64,000 bases of DNA from a virus (taxonomy: Duplodnaviria > Heunggongvirae > Uroviricota > Caudoviricetes): positions 104,465 to 168,464 of the IMG/VR virus record IMGVR_UViG_3300028413_000003; one strand, written 5' to 3'. The notes under the pieces were generated by a model. It had not been told where the DNA came from, made no database searches, and saw nothing but the letters and a program-made list of their open reading frames with translations. The translations under genes and the position numbers were made by a program. Shown here piece by piece: positions 36,976 through 45,959 of the stretch. Every line of letters begins with the position of its first letter. The first letter of the stretch is position 1.

Positions 36976-37018
36976 ACCTCTAATATCTTTATAATTGTAC
37001 TATAGAGATATTAGAGGT
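36976..37018. terminator. Long intergenic hairpin
   Basis: 13-bp perfect inverted repeat ACCTCTAATATCT / AGATATTAGAGGT after the dpdA-like stop. Confidence 0.45.
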
Positions 37019-37082
37019 TGCTTATATGCTTGTTGCTGTGTATAGTAGTATAACGTAGATAAATACCAAAAAGGATTTAGCT

Positions 37083-37517
37083 ATGAACAATATAGAAAAT
37101 ATGCGCAACTTAATAGCACTAATCAACGAAAGCAAACAACTGCAAGTTAATCCAGCGTTTGCAATTTCGTTGATTAACAAGATATCACCAACAGTTAGAA
37201 ATGCAAAGGATAAAACAATGGAAGCAGGACTTGGATCAACAGTAGCATTTATTGCAGTGTTTCTCGGTGGAGTAGAAACCGCAAACATTGGGCCGCTTGA
37301 TACAAACAGCGCAATAAAAATGAAGCGTCAACTCACACAAGACATTCAGCGCTCATATGATTACAGCCATCCTAAAGGGTTCACTGACGGAAGTGGTACA
37401 ATATATCGCATGCAAGACTGGGATATTAATATTGAAACATGTCATTCATCCGAATGCAACAATATTATTGGACCACGAATGGATGCAATACGAGCTAGCC
37501 GCTCGGTAATTACATAA
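37083..37517 (+). CDS. Hypothetical late protein
   Basis: GATAAATA (37058) and SD AAGGA; MRNLIALINES near the N-terminus. Confidence 0.55.
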   Translation: MNNIENMRNLIALINESKQLQVNPAFAISLINKISPTVRNAKDKTMEAGLGSTVAFIAVFLGGVETANIGPLDTNSAIKMKRQLTQDIQRSYDYSHPKGFTDGSGTIYRMQDWDINIETCHSSECNNIIGPRMDAIRASRSVIT

Positions 37518-37529
37518 CAAGGTTTTATC

Positions 37530-38042
37530 ATGAAGAGACTATATAATACGCTTATCCCTACTGACGCAGCTACTATATTTGCTGGAGTCGAAGTTGAACA
37601 CACTCCGATGTTTGGACAACCTACACTGTTTGTAGTAGGCTGTCAGCCTCTGGAATATATCATTGAAACAATTAACATGCAAGGGGGCGTCCATCAACAC
37701 GTATACCTAGGGGCAAATCACAGCTTTGCCCCTAATGACCAATGGAACAAGGTAGTGAGCGGATTGCTAGAAGACGGACGGTGGGTTACACTAGATTTTG
37801 ATATCCAGCATGTTGAATGGGTATTGGATAATGGCTGGTCTGAACACAACAAATTTATTGCAATGGTTAGTGCAAAACTGCCTTACATCGAACAGTTAGG
37901 ATATAATGCATGTTTAAAACTCGACGACAAGGACTTTAATGCAACCAATCCAGGTGTATGGACCCACCGCATACACAATCTAAAAAATACTGATGTATTT
38001 ACAGATTGGTCTAAATACACCAAGGATGAAATCATTCGTTGA
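37530..38042 (+). CDS. Hypothetical protein in the deazaguanine region
   Basis: 170 aa; GVEVEHTP, VYLGANHSF. Confidence 0.65.
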   Translation: MKRLYNTLIPTDAATIFAGVEVEHTPMFGQPTLFVVGCQPLEYIIETINMQGGVHQHVYLGANHSFAPNDQWNKVVSGLLEDGRWVTLDFDIQHVEWVLDNGWSEHNKFIAMVSAKLPYIEQLGYNACLKLDDKDFNATNPGVWTHRIHNLKNTDVFTDWSKYTKDEIIR

Positions 38043-38067
38043 CAGATGTTGCAATTGCGTTTATAGT
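38039..38067 (+). promoter_or_regulatory. Sigma70-type promoter
   Basis: TTGACA-17 bp-TATAGT before 38079. Confidence 0.6.
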
Positions 38068-38078
38068 AGTAGATATCA

Positions 38079-38486
38079 ATGAGGAAATACATTTTGACAC
38101 AAATAACACCTACTAAAAGTATCTTTGTTCAATTTCGCAAAGAAGGCATACATTTGTATCCCGCTGCTGCTACTGATCCTAAACTTGCAACCGGCGATTG
38201 GGACGATGTAAGTTTTTTAGGACTGCTACACAGACACATCTTCCATTTCAGAGTACGCATTGAAGTCTTCCACAATGACCGCGACGTTGAATTTATACAG
38301 TTCAAACGCTGGTTAGAGAAGCTCTACAACGAAGAAATGCTCAAACTGGATCACAAGAGTTGCGAAATGATCAGCGACGACTTGTACAAAGAAATTTCTA
38401 CAAAGTATCCGGGTCGCTTTGTAGAAATTGAGATCGCCGAAGACGGCGAGAACGGCTCACTAACTTACTATCCTTCCAACGCCTAA
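38079..38486 (+). CDS. QueD-like T-fold enzyme (PTPS family)
   Basis: EGIH..P, HRHIFHFRV, SCEM, EDGENG; FolE and QueE nearby. Confidence 0.65.
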   Translation: MRKYILTQITPTKSIFVQFRKEGIHLYPAAATDPKLATGDWDDVSFLGLLHRHIFHFRVRIEVFHNDRDVEFIQFKRWLEKLYNEEMLKLDHKSCEMISDDLYKEISTKYPGRFVEIEIAEDGENGSLTYYPSNA

Positions 38487-38500
38487 CAAGGGGAATCTCA

Positions 38501-38689
38501 ATGGCTATTAACAACCCAACTATCAATAAAGTCTTCAACGATCTAGAAGAATTCAAAGATTTCTGCCGATTTGAAGGTCACGTTTTCAACGAAACGAATC
38601 TTTACAAGTCAGACAGCCGAGTATGGCAGGCTTTCACCAAGTGGAAGAACTGGATGAAAGCTAAAGCACGAAACAAAGGTAGAAGATAA
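38501..38689 (+). CDS. Small hypothetical protein
   Basis: 62 aa, SD GGGG, coupled to the next ATG. Confidence 0.6.
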   Translation: MAINNPTINKVFNDLEEFKDFCRFEGHVFNETNLYKSDSRVWQAFTKWKNWMKAKARNKGRR

Positions 38690-39852
38690 TGCGCAAGATA
38701 TTTTATATGGGTTTAGAAAAATATGAGGGAAGATACACACTTCAGTTAGAAGACTGGAGTAAGAGTGCATTTGCTCGGCGCGCAGTTGACTGGTATTCAG
38801 TACCTGGTGAAACCATTGACAATACCAAGTCTATTCAAGTAGGACAGGTACTTGATGCACACGGTCGCTCATACTTTGCTATGAGTCAAATGATGAATCT
38901 TGTGCAAATGATGCGCAACGGAGAAGTTACAAGCGAAGACGTTGTGTTCTTTGAAGACATGTTTCAACCAGGTATGGAGAGTCTTCCATACATCATGAAC
39001 CAGATTCCTAAAAGCCAGCGTCCTAAAGTTTGGGTACGTTGCTTGGCGCAGTCTATTGACCCTGATGACTTTGTGCATGTCTGGGGAATGAACAAGTGGA
39101 TGAGTTCATACGAGGCGATGTGCAACGACTTTGTTACAGGCGTGCTAGCAAGCAATGAAGAAATGGTTGCTAACATGAAAATTGCAAACTGGACTGCACC
39201 CATCTACAACATCAGTGGATTAGCATTTGACAAAGTTGAAGTGCAAGGTCGTGTTGCAGAACGCAAGCCGTTTGATGAAAGAGCCAACCGTGTTGTATTT
39301 GCAGCGCGCTGGGATCAAGAAAAGCAACCTGGTTTCTTTATGGATCTTGCAGAGCGATATGCTGACAAAGATGTTGAATTTGCTGTACTACAAGGTGGAC
39401 CATTGCGTTCCAACAATAGCGATTATGTAAATCGTGCAAAAGACCTTGTTAGAAAAGGTACATTGAAAGTATACGAAGATCTAAAAAAGGACGAATACTA
39501 CGAGATCCTTAATGATAGTCGTGTAATGATAAATAATGCATTACAGGATTGGACCAGCAATACTGTAAGCGAAGCAGATGCATTGGGTACTAATGTGTTA
39601 TATCCAGCATACCGCAGCTTCCCTGAGATCTTCAACAACGACCATACACGATTGTATGTTCCGTGGAGTCTTGACGATGCTGCTAACAAGCTAGATGTGC
39701 TACTCGAAGAGCAGCACGAAAAAGTTGGAGAGATCTCCGATTGGACAGATGGCACTATCGACCGGTGCCTTGATATCATGCAAGGCAACGGCGAGGAATG
39801 GAATAGAAACAATCCTCGCTACCGAGACGAAGTCTCTAAGGAGAAATACTAA
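38689..39852 (+). CDS. GT-B fold glycosyltransferase
   Basis: VVFAARWDQEKQPGFF...NTVSEADALGTNVLYP resembles the GT4-type C-terminal domain. Confidence 0.7.
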   Translation: MRKIFYMGLEKYEGRYTLQLEDWSKSAFARRAVDWYSVPGETIDNTKSIQVGQVLDAHGRSYFAMSQMMNLVQMMRNGEVTSEDVVFFEDMFQPGMESLPYIMNQIPKSQRPKVWVRCLAQSIDPDDFVHVWGMNKWMSSYEAMCNDFVTGVLASNEEMVANMKIANWTAPIYNISGLAFDKVEVQGRVAERKPFDERANRVVFAARWDQEKQPGFFMDLAERYADKDVEFAVLQGGPLRSNNSDYVNRAKDLVRKGTLKVYEDLKKDEYYEILNDSRVMINNALQDWTSNTVSEADALGTNVLYPAYRSFPEIFNNDHTRLYVPWSLDDAANKLDVLLEEQHEKVGEISDWTDGTIDRCLDIMQGNGEEWNRNNPRYRDEVSKEKY

Positions 39853-40475
39853 TGCCACAAATGAGAGTTAAAAGTATAAAATTTGGACTAGCAGTTGGAG
39901 ATCCTGTACCAAAGCAGGATCCAAAAGATCTCGGGAATGTAGGAAGATATCTAGAACATGTAATACAAAGTCAAGGCATTGTATTACAGAAAACAGGAAT
40001 AGATATTCCTTCTCTAAACATGGAAGTAAAGACTCGTAAAAATAGTGCGTTATCAGCATTAACTGTTTGTCGAATGCATGTGGACGATATTATATCAACT
40101 GATTATAACGATTCACTAGTTTGTCAAAGTGCCGAAAATCTTTTAATTGTTAGATACTGCGACGATGAAAATGTGGTAACTTCGGTCGAGGTACACAATT
40201 GGAATAAGCATTCGTTGGTAAAAGAGTTTATGTCTTCGTCATACGAAGCTGCAAGAAAACTGCTTGCTGCTGGAATACATAAAAAAAAGTATTATATCAG
40301 AGGCGACAGCACAAACCGTGCTTATTTCGAAAAGGCCAAGCCGAAAAAGAATAAAAAGAATAAAAAGAATAAAAAGAAGAAGAGTAATATGTATGCGTTT
40401 AGATTAGGAAAATCGTCTCTTATTAAAATGGAGAAGTGCAAAAATTCCGGCCTGCATTTGTTTGAGTACGGATGA
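39852..40475 (+). CDS. Putative PD-(D/E)xK nuclease (restriction enzyme/MutH-like)
   Basis: GNVGRYLE...GIDIP...MEVKTRK fits an E...D...ExK catalytic pattern. Confidence 0.4.
   Translation: MPQMRVKSIKFGLAVGDPVPKQDPKDLGNVGRYLEHVIQSQGIVLQKTGIDIPSLNMEVKTRKNSALSALTVCRMHVDDIISTDYNDSLVCQSAENLLIVRYCDDENVVTSVEVHNWNKHSLVKEFMSSSYEAARKLLAAGIHKKKYYIRGDSTNRAYFEKAKPKKNKKNKKNKKKKSNMYAFRLGKSSLIKMEKCKNSGLHLFEYG
40344..40379 (+). repeat. In-frame 9-bp tandem repeat (AAAAAGAAT) x3 plus one degenerate copy
   Basis: Encodes KKNKKNKKNKKK. Confidence 0.85.
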
Positions 40476-41344
40476 AAGTATTAGTCACAGGAGCAACTGG
40501 ATACATCGGAAGCCATGTTTGTAAGTTACTAAAACAACATGGACATCATGTAACTGCTTGGGATATTAATTTCTGGGGAGAACACAATGATATCAGCGGC
40601 TACTATGACCATTTTCTAACGTTTGATGTTACTAAGGAAGTATGCGGCGAGTTTGATGCTGTGGTACATTTGGCAGGACGAAGCCTAGTCGGCCCTAGTA
40701 TGAAGGCGCCAACTGAGTATTATCGAGTGAACGTTGCTGGTACTGCTAACTTGTTAGACAGAGTGCAAACAGATCACGTGTTGTTTGCAAGCACCAGCAG
40801 TGCTTGGGAAATGGCAAGTCCGTATGCAAGAAGTAAAGTAGCAGCAGAGGATGTAATCAAAGAGAAAGCAACCGGATATACTATCTTTAGGTTCTTTAAT
40901 GTAAGCGGAACTGACGGAACAAACAGACAACTAGGACCGCCTAGTCACCTTATAAAAATTGCAGCAATGGCTGCTGCCGGCAAGATACCACAAATAGAAA
41001 TATACGGCAATGATTATCCAACAAGAGATGGTACTTGTATTAGAGATTATGTTCATGTTGCCGACTTGTCCAAAGCTATTATAAAGGCTGTAGAAAGTGG
41101 ACCTACTAATACACCATACGAAAGTCTAGGTAGTAACCAAGGATATAGTGTTTTAGAAGTCCTAGACACAATGGAACTAGTGTCGGGTGTGAAATTAAAT
41201 ACAACCATTGTTGGCAGGCGGGCAGGAGATGCAGTAAGCTCGGTTGTCGACAAACTAAGTGACTTTATTACTTTAGAAAAGAGTATCAGCGACATGTGTT
41301 TAGATCAGTACAACTTTGAAAGAACATGCAATGGCAATGGGTGA
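40472..41344 (+). CDS. galE: NAD-dependent epimerase, UDP-glucose 4-epimerase-like
   Basis: GATGYIGSH, HLAG, YYRVNVAGT, YARSK, FRFFNVSG, DGTCIRDYVHV. Confidence 0.88.
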   Translation: MKVLVTGATGYIGSHVCKLLKQHGHHVTAWDINFWGEHNDISGYYDHFLTFDVTKEVCGEFDAVVHLAGRSLVGPSMKAPTEYYRVNVAGTANLLDRVQTDHVLFASTSSAWEMASPYARSKVAAEDVIKEKATGYTIFRFFNVSGTDGTNRQLGPPSHLIKIAAMAAAGKIPQIEIYGNDYPTRDGTCIRDYVHVADLSKAIIKAVESGPTNTPYESLGSNQGYSVLEVLDTMELVSGVKLNTTIVGRRAGDAVSSVVDKLSDFITLEKSISDMCLDQYNFERTCNGNG

Positions 41345-41570
41345 ACCAATCAGCATAGGTGATTTAAAGTACGACAGCGGCGGGCAGGCCAGCGTATGGG
41401 ATGGGTCCCAATGGGCTGTACTTGTTCACAAGACGCCAGAACTGTGGGTAGACACTTTACCAGATATCCACAAACTGGAACAGATGTGCAAAGATTATCC
41501 AGGATTAGGAAAGGCTTATGAAAATTTTAAAACAATGTATAGCATGGTTGAACACCACTGCAAAGACTAG
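41316..41570 (+). CDS. Small hypothetical protein, YPxL family
   Basis: MCKDYPGLGKAYENFK; true start may be slightly downstream. Confidence 0.55.
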   Translation: MKEHAMAMGEPISIGDLKYDSGGQASVWDGSQWAVLVHKTPELWVDTLPDIHKLEQMCKDYPGLGKAYENFKTMYSMVEHHCKD

Positions 41571-41587
41571 GAAAAGAGTAAGAAAAA

Positions 41588-41884
41588 ATGGTAAACAGTG
41601 TAATCACCGCAGTTGGATCAAATGAGACATTGTGGACAGCAACCAATTGTAATTCGGCAGTTATTAGCAACGTGGTTCCTAACGATAGGATAGTATCATC
41701 AAGCTTAACAGTAGATGGCAGAGATATTCTACAGGAACTAGATGAAGTTTGAAATACATTAATATTGTTAAACAGAGACGTTAACATGGAAGAAAAATAC
41801 CCAAAGTTAAAAGAACTGAAAGATGCATACGATCGGCAACTGTTAATCTACCAGACTTGGGATGCAGTAAAGGGAACAAAATGA
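41588..41884 (+). pseudogene. YPxL-family gene with one in-frame TGA
   Basis: ...GRDILQELDEV*NTLILLNRDVNMEEKYPKLKELKDAY...; TGA at 41750-41752; the final stop overlaps the next ATG. Confidence 0.6.
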
Positions 41885-42231
41885 CAGATTTTATAGAACG
41901 AGTCGAAGGCTCAGGCAGCATAACCGTGCAGCTAAACGGCGGTATAACTCCTGATTATACGCCAAATAGTAGTATTCCACTAGACGGCATGCTGCGAACT
42001 TTTAATGGTCGAGTAGAATATTACGACGGAAGCTTAAACCAATGGTATACATGGCACGGTGCGACATTAAGGGTAGAGCTTTTACCAGCATTTGAAGATG
42101 TAATGTGGTGGGCAATGGAAGAAAAACAAAAAGCAGAACAGCTGGAAGAGAAGATGAAGAAATTTCCCAGCTTGCGGTTAGCCAAGGAGAACTTTGACAT
42201 GGTAAAAGCGTTGGTTGAAAATGACAAATAA
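41881..42231 (+). CDS. Small hypothetical protein, YPxL family
   Basis: MKKFPSLRLAKENFDMVK; start ATG 41881. Confidence 0.6.
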   Translation: MTDFIERVEGSGSITVQLNGGITPDYTPNSSIPLDGMLRTFNGRVEYYDGSLNQWYTWHGATLRVELLPAFEDVMWWAMEEKQKAEQLEEKMKKFPSLRLAKENFDMVKALVENDK

Positions 42232-42254
42232 TAAATTAATTGGAGAAACGTACA

Positions 42255-42554
42255 ATGAACTGGATTAAGAGAAAAGTTATAAAGTGGATAAGCAACGGAC
42301 TATCTGCGCGCAACGACGCCTATGACACCGTAGATTGTTCATCCAGAGGCGTCTCGCGTCGCGAAGCCAATAGTCCGCGAGGTGATGCCCAACTTAGTTT
42401 TAGAATCTACAATGCAGTAAATGGACAGATTCTTGAATTCAACCATTACAACAGAGTAACTGACCGCGACGAAAATACAGTTTATCTTGTTGACAAAAGT
42501 GAAAAGATCGGCGATTATGTAACGAAGTGTCTTACCATCGAGATGATGAAATGA
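42255..42554 (+). CDS. Hypothetical protein
   Basis: SD GGAG, ATG 42255. Confidence 0.6.
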   Translation: MNWIKRKVIKWISNGLSARNDAYDTVDCSSRGVSRREANSPRGDAQLSFRIYNAVNGQILEFNHYNRVTDRDENTVYLVDKSEKIGDYVTKCLTIEMMK

Positions 42555-43093
42555 AGAAAAAGTATTACACATGGAACGATGTTGAAAGTGCAGCAACTTC
42601 AATTATGTCACAAATGTATGAGGATCAATGGCGGCCCGATTATATAGTAGGAATCACTCGTGGTGGACTCTGCCTTGCTACTATTCTAAGCCATATGAGC
42701 AAGATACGTATGCAAACGCTTAATGTTAGATTGCGCGACGGATTCAACGATTCTGAATCTAACCTGTGGATGGCCGAAGAAGCGTTTGGTGTCAATGACG
42801 GGTCAAAAGGCATAACCGGAGCAAGGTGGGATCCAATACATAGGAAGAACATTCTTATTGTAGACGACATCAATGATACCGGTGCTACGTTTGAGTGGAT
42901 CAAAGACGACTGGCAAAGTGGTTGCTTGGCAAATGAGAGTGATGTATGGAAAAACGTTTGGGGTAAAAGTGTCCGTTTTGCAACAATGACCGACAACACC
43001 GGAAGTGCGTTTGGCGATGTTAACTATACCTGGGACGAAGTAAACAAGTCCGAAGATGACCTTTGGCTTGTGTATCCATACGAAAATTACTAA
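42551..43093 (+). CDS. Type I phosphoribosyltransferase (purine PRTase-like)
   Basis: IVGITRGGL, PRPP-binding ILIVDDINDTGAT, W.VYPYE. Confidence 0.88.
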   Translation: MKKKYYTWNDVESAATSIMSQMYEDQWRPDYIVGITRGGLCLATILSHMSKIRMQTLNVRLRDGFNDSESNLWMAEEAFGVNDGSKGITGARWDPIHRKNILIVDDINDTGATFEWIKDDWQSGCLANESDVWKNVWGKSVRFATMTDNTGSAFGDVNYTWDEVNKSEDDLWLVYPYENY

Positions 43094-43531
43094 ATGCCCA
43101 GTATAGTCAACATATCTAAGATCGACAAGGTGGAAATTCAAGAATATTTACCAAATGCGACCATGCATAGAGAGCAGTGGACACTTGGGATCGAAGACGA
43201 ATATCCGTATATAGCACATGTTCTTGATTCCGACGAGAACGTCCGTATGCTGAAAAACATACGTGTATACATCGAACGTTACGGCATAGACGATGCTTTG
43301 TATCACATCGTCAATAAAGACTATCAATACTGCTGGAATGTTGACAAGGCAAAATATATGTAGGACGAGGACTGGAGTACAGTGTCTAATACATGGTGGA
43401 AGTTTTATTTTGCTTCTGAAAAAGATTTAACCATGTTGTTTTTAAAATACAGCAGAGTATTATACACAACACTACCTAAGTATCATCCAGGTTATGAATG
43501 GCACAACGAAACTAATACAAGACAACGGTAA
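43094..43531 (+). pseudogene. Hypothetical gene with one in-frame TAG
   Basis: ORF 43094-43363 continues 55 codons past TAG 43361-43363 (DEDW...YFASEKDLTMLFLKY...) to TAA 43531. Confidence 0.55.
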
Positions 43532-43545
43532 AAGGAGAAAATACC

Positions 43546-43746
43546 ATGAGAGAACAGATGTTAAAAGCAGCAGAATTACATGCCCAAGGGCATATCGAGA
43601 AGCACCGAATCAACATAGAGATTTATCTTAAGAATCCTATGGGTATCGGAGAGCACTCGGATATTATGGAATCTGTAGAAATTGAACTTGCAGAGATGGC
43701 CAAGTACCACGACCAACTAGAAATGCTCAAAAAATACTTTAATTAA
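43546..43746 (+). CDS. Small hypothetical protein
   Basis: SD AAGGAG; IGEHSD motif. Confidence 0.65.
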   Translation: MREQMLKAAELHAQGHIEKHRINIEIYLKNPMGIGEHSDIMESVEIELAEMAKYHDQLEMLKKYFN

Positions 43747-43749
43747 TGA

Positions 43750-43778
43750 TTGACAAAAATCTAAATATATGGTACAAT
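43750..43778 (+). promoter_or_regulatory. Sigma70-type promoter
   Basis: TTGACA-17 bp-TACAAT upstream of folE. Confidence 0.65.
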
Positions 43779-43838
43779 GTAAGTAAGTATATGTTGTACC
43801 ATATATTACGACATCCACGTCATTAACTCGGAGTAGAA

Positions 43839-44525
43839 ATGAAAACAAGTGAACTAATTAAAGTAAGAATTGAAGAAGCAGGCGCAAGATATTGGGCAGG
43901 CGATAATATTGCAAAATATATTAAAGAAGGCGAAAAAGATGAACTAATTGACGAACTGTCTGCTCAGTTTGAGCAGGTTCTAGATAGTTTGGTAATCGAC
44001 AGGTTAAACGACCCGAATAGCAAAGACACAGGCAGACGCCTTGCCAAAATGTACATCAAAGAAATTATGAGTGGTCGGTACAATGAAATACCAGCTGCGA
44101 CAGCATTTCCAAATGATTCAGTTACTGGATACAACGGTATGCTAGTTGTTCGTTCCGAACTAAAGAGCATGTGTTCGCATCATCATCAGCCAGTGTCCGG
44201 TGTAGCTTACATTGGTATTATTGCTGCTGACAAACTTATTGGACTGAGTAAGTATACTCGAATTGCGCAATGGTGTGCAAGACGCGGAACCCTGCAAGAA
44301 GAACTAGCAGTAGACATTGCTAAGGAAATTGGCAATGCTACGAAGTCCTGTGACATCGGAGTCTACATTCAGGCTCAGCACGGATGTTGCGAAAATAGAG
44401 GCATTATGGCAACTAGCAGTCTTACACAAACAACTGTGCTACATGGTGCATTTAAAGATGATGCAGGTACAAAGAAGGAGTTCTTTGACAATATTAAATT
44501 ACAGCAGGAGTTTGCCCTAAGATGA
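43839..44525 (+). CDS. folE: GTP cyclohydrolase I
   Basis: SMCSHHHQP, IGLSKYTRI, RRGTLQEEL, HGCCENRG. Confidence 0.93.
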   Translation: MKTSELIKVRIEEAGARYWAGDNIAKYIKEGEKDELIDELSAQFEQVLDSLVIDRLNDPNSKDTGRRLAKMYIKEIMSGRYNEIPAATAFPNDSVTGYNGMLVVRSELKSMCSHHHQPVSGVAYIGIIAADKLIGLSKYTRIAQWCARRGTLQEELAVDIAKEIGNATKSCDIGVYIQAQHGCCENRGIMATSSLTQTTVLHGAFKDDAGTKKEFFDNIKLQQEFALR

Positions 44526-45418
44526 AACTAAGATATTCCGAAGCATTTTACAGTGTGCAAGGCGAAGGAAAATTTGTAGGAGTACCTAGTGTGTTTCTGC
44601 GTACATTTGGCTGTAACTTTCGATGCATGAATTTTGGACTAGGTAAAGATGAACCTAGTCGAGCCGAGAAACATGCAAACGGTAATCGATACAACGACGA
44701 AGTTAAGGCGTTAATTGATGCTGACGTACATAAGACTACAGAAAAGTTCGAGGACCTACCAATCATCCATACCGGGTGCGACACGTATGCAAGTATCTAT
44801 CCAGAATTCAAACATCTTGTACACAACAGAACAGTTGACGAAGTTGTAGAACATCTGTTGTCACTTACGCCAGAAGGCAAGTGGACAATGAACAACGGTC
44901 AAGATATTCATTTAATTCTAACAGGCGGCGAGCCGTTGCTTGCTTGGCAACGTGTATATGTAGAACTGTTTGAACATCCGCGTATGCAGGATCTAAAGAA
45001 CATCACAGTTGAAACAAATACTACACAGCCGTTACACGACGAGTTTTTTGACTACCTTCATGATAACACCCGAATCACAGTAACGTGGAGTTGTTCGCCT
45101 AAACTTTCCGTTAGCGGCGAAGACTGGGACGAAGCAATCAAGCCCAGTGTTGCACTCGAATATACCTGTGTCGAAGGTAGTAATTTATATCTTAAATTTG
45201 TTGTTGCAGATCGCAGCGACATTGAAGAAGCTGGAAGAGCAGTGGAAGCGTATCGAGCAGTTGGTATTGAATGTCCAGTATACCTAATGCCACTGGGCGG
45301 CCGCTCAGAAGAATACAATCTCAATGTACAAGAGGTTGCAAATATTTGTATGGAAAAGGGTTGGAGATTTACGCCCAGACTACACATAGAATTATTTGGC
45401 AACGCCTGGGGAACTTAA
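44522..45418 (+). CDS. queE: 7-carboxy-7-deazaguanine synthase (radical SAM)
   Basis: EAFYSVQGEG, FLRTFGCNFRC...CDT with an insertion, LTGGEPL, ETN, SPK, RLHIELFG. Confidence 0.9.
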   Translation: MKLRYSEAFYSVQGEGKFVGVPSVFLRTFGCNFRCMNFGLGKDEPSRAEKHANGNRYNDEVKALIDADVHKTTEKFEDLPIIHTGCDTYASIYPEFKHLVHNRTVDEVVEHLLSLTPEGKWTMNNGQDIHLILTGGEPLLAWQRVYVELFEHPRMQDLKNITVETNTTQPLHDEFFDYLHDNTRITVTWSCSPKLSVSGEDWDEAIKPSVALEYTCVEGSNLYLKFVVADRSDIEEAGRAVEAYRAVGIECPVYLMPLGGRSEEYNLNVQEVANICMEKGWRFTPRLHIELFGNAWGT

Positions 45419-45447
45419 AAGTTCTCTATTAGAAAAAGGAAAAAAAT

Positions 45448-45615
45448 ATGAAAAATAAAATAAGTGAAGAAACAATTAACGATATAGTGTACTTTATGAG
45501 AAAAGGAACACTGCAATCATTACAGCAAGCAAACCTTCTACTCTCTGCAGAACTCGTTGCACAGTATCATAAAGAACCCAGTAGTGATATAACACAAGAG
45601 GCATGGTTAGTATGA
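45448..45615 (+). CDS. Small hypothetical protein (55 aa, below ORF-track cutoff)
   Basis: SD AAGGA; the stop overlaps ATG 45612. Confidence 0.45.
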   Translation: MKNKISEETINDIVYFMRKGTLQSLQQANLLLSAELVAQYHKEPSSDITQEAWLV

Positions 45616-45959
45616 GAAAGTTTTTAGAAACACACGCACTTGACCCAGCAACGTTCGAGTTAGTAACAAAACTAGTTGAAAAATACGATGATGGTACTAT
45701 TGTTCCTATTTCCGAACGTCGTGCTACAGGCTCGTCATCAAAGTATACACTTCAACAACAGGCTAATATTGACAGGGTTAATCAAACGTTGCGCGACTGC
45801 GGGATTGATATGATGACTGAAGAAGAAACAGATTACATGCTTGATCCAAGTGGTATGGTCAAGTATGGAGAACATGCAATAAAGAATGACAGCAATAGAG
45901 AAATGCAGGAACTTGCTGGATTTGTAGTTGAGAAGACAGTAAGGTACACCAACGAATGA
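45612..45959 (+). CDS. Hypothetical protein
   Basis: ATGA coupling at both ends. Confidence 0.55.
   Translation: MRKFLETHALDPATFELVTKLVEKYDDGTIVPISERRATGSSSKYTLQQQANIDRVNQTLRDCGIDMMTEEETDYMLDPSGMVKYGEHAIKNDSNREMQELAGFVVEKTVRYTNE

Noticed and set aside
41568-41594. Readthrough of TAG 41568-41570
   Set aside because: The continuation is only 7 codons, easily due to chance.
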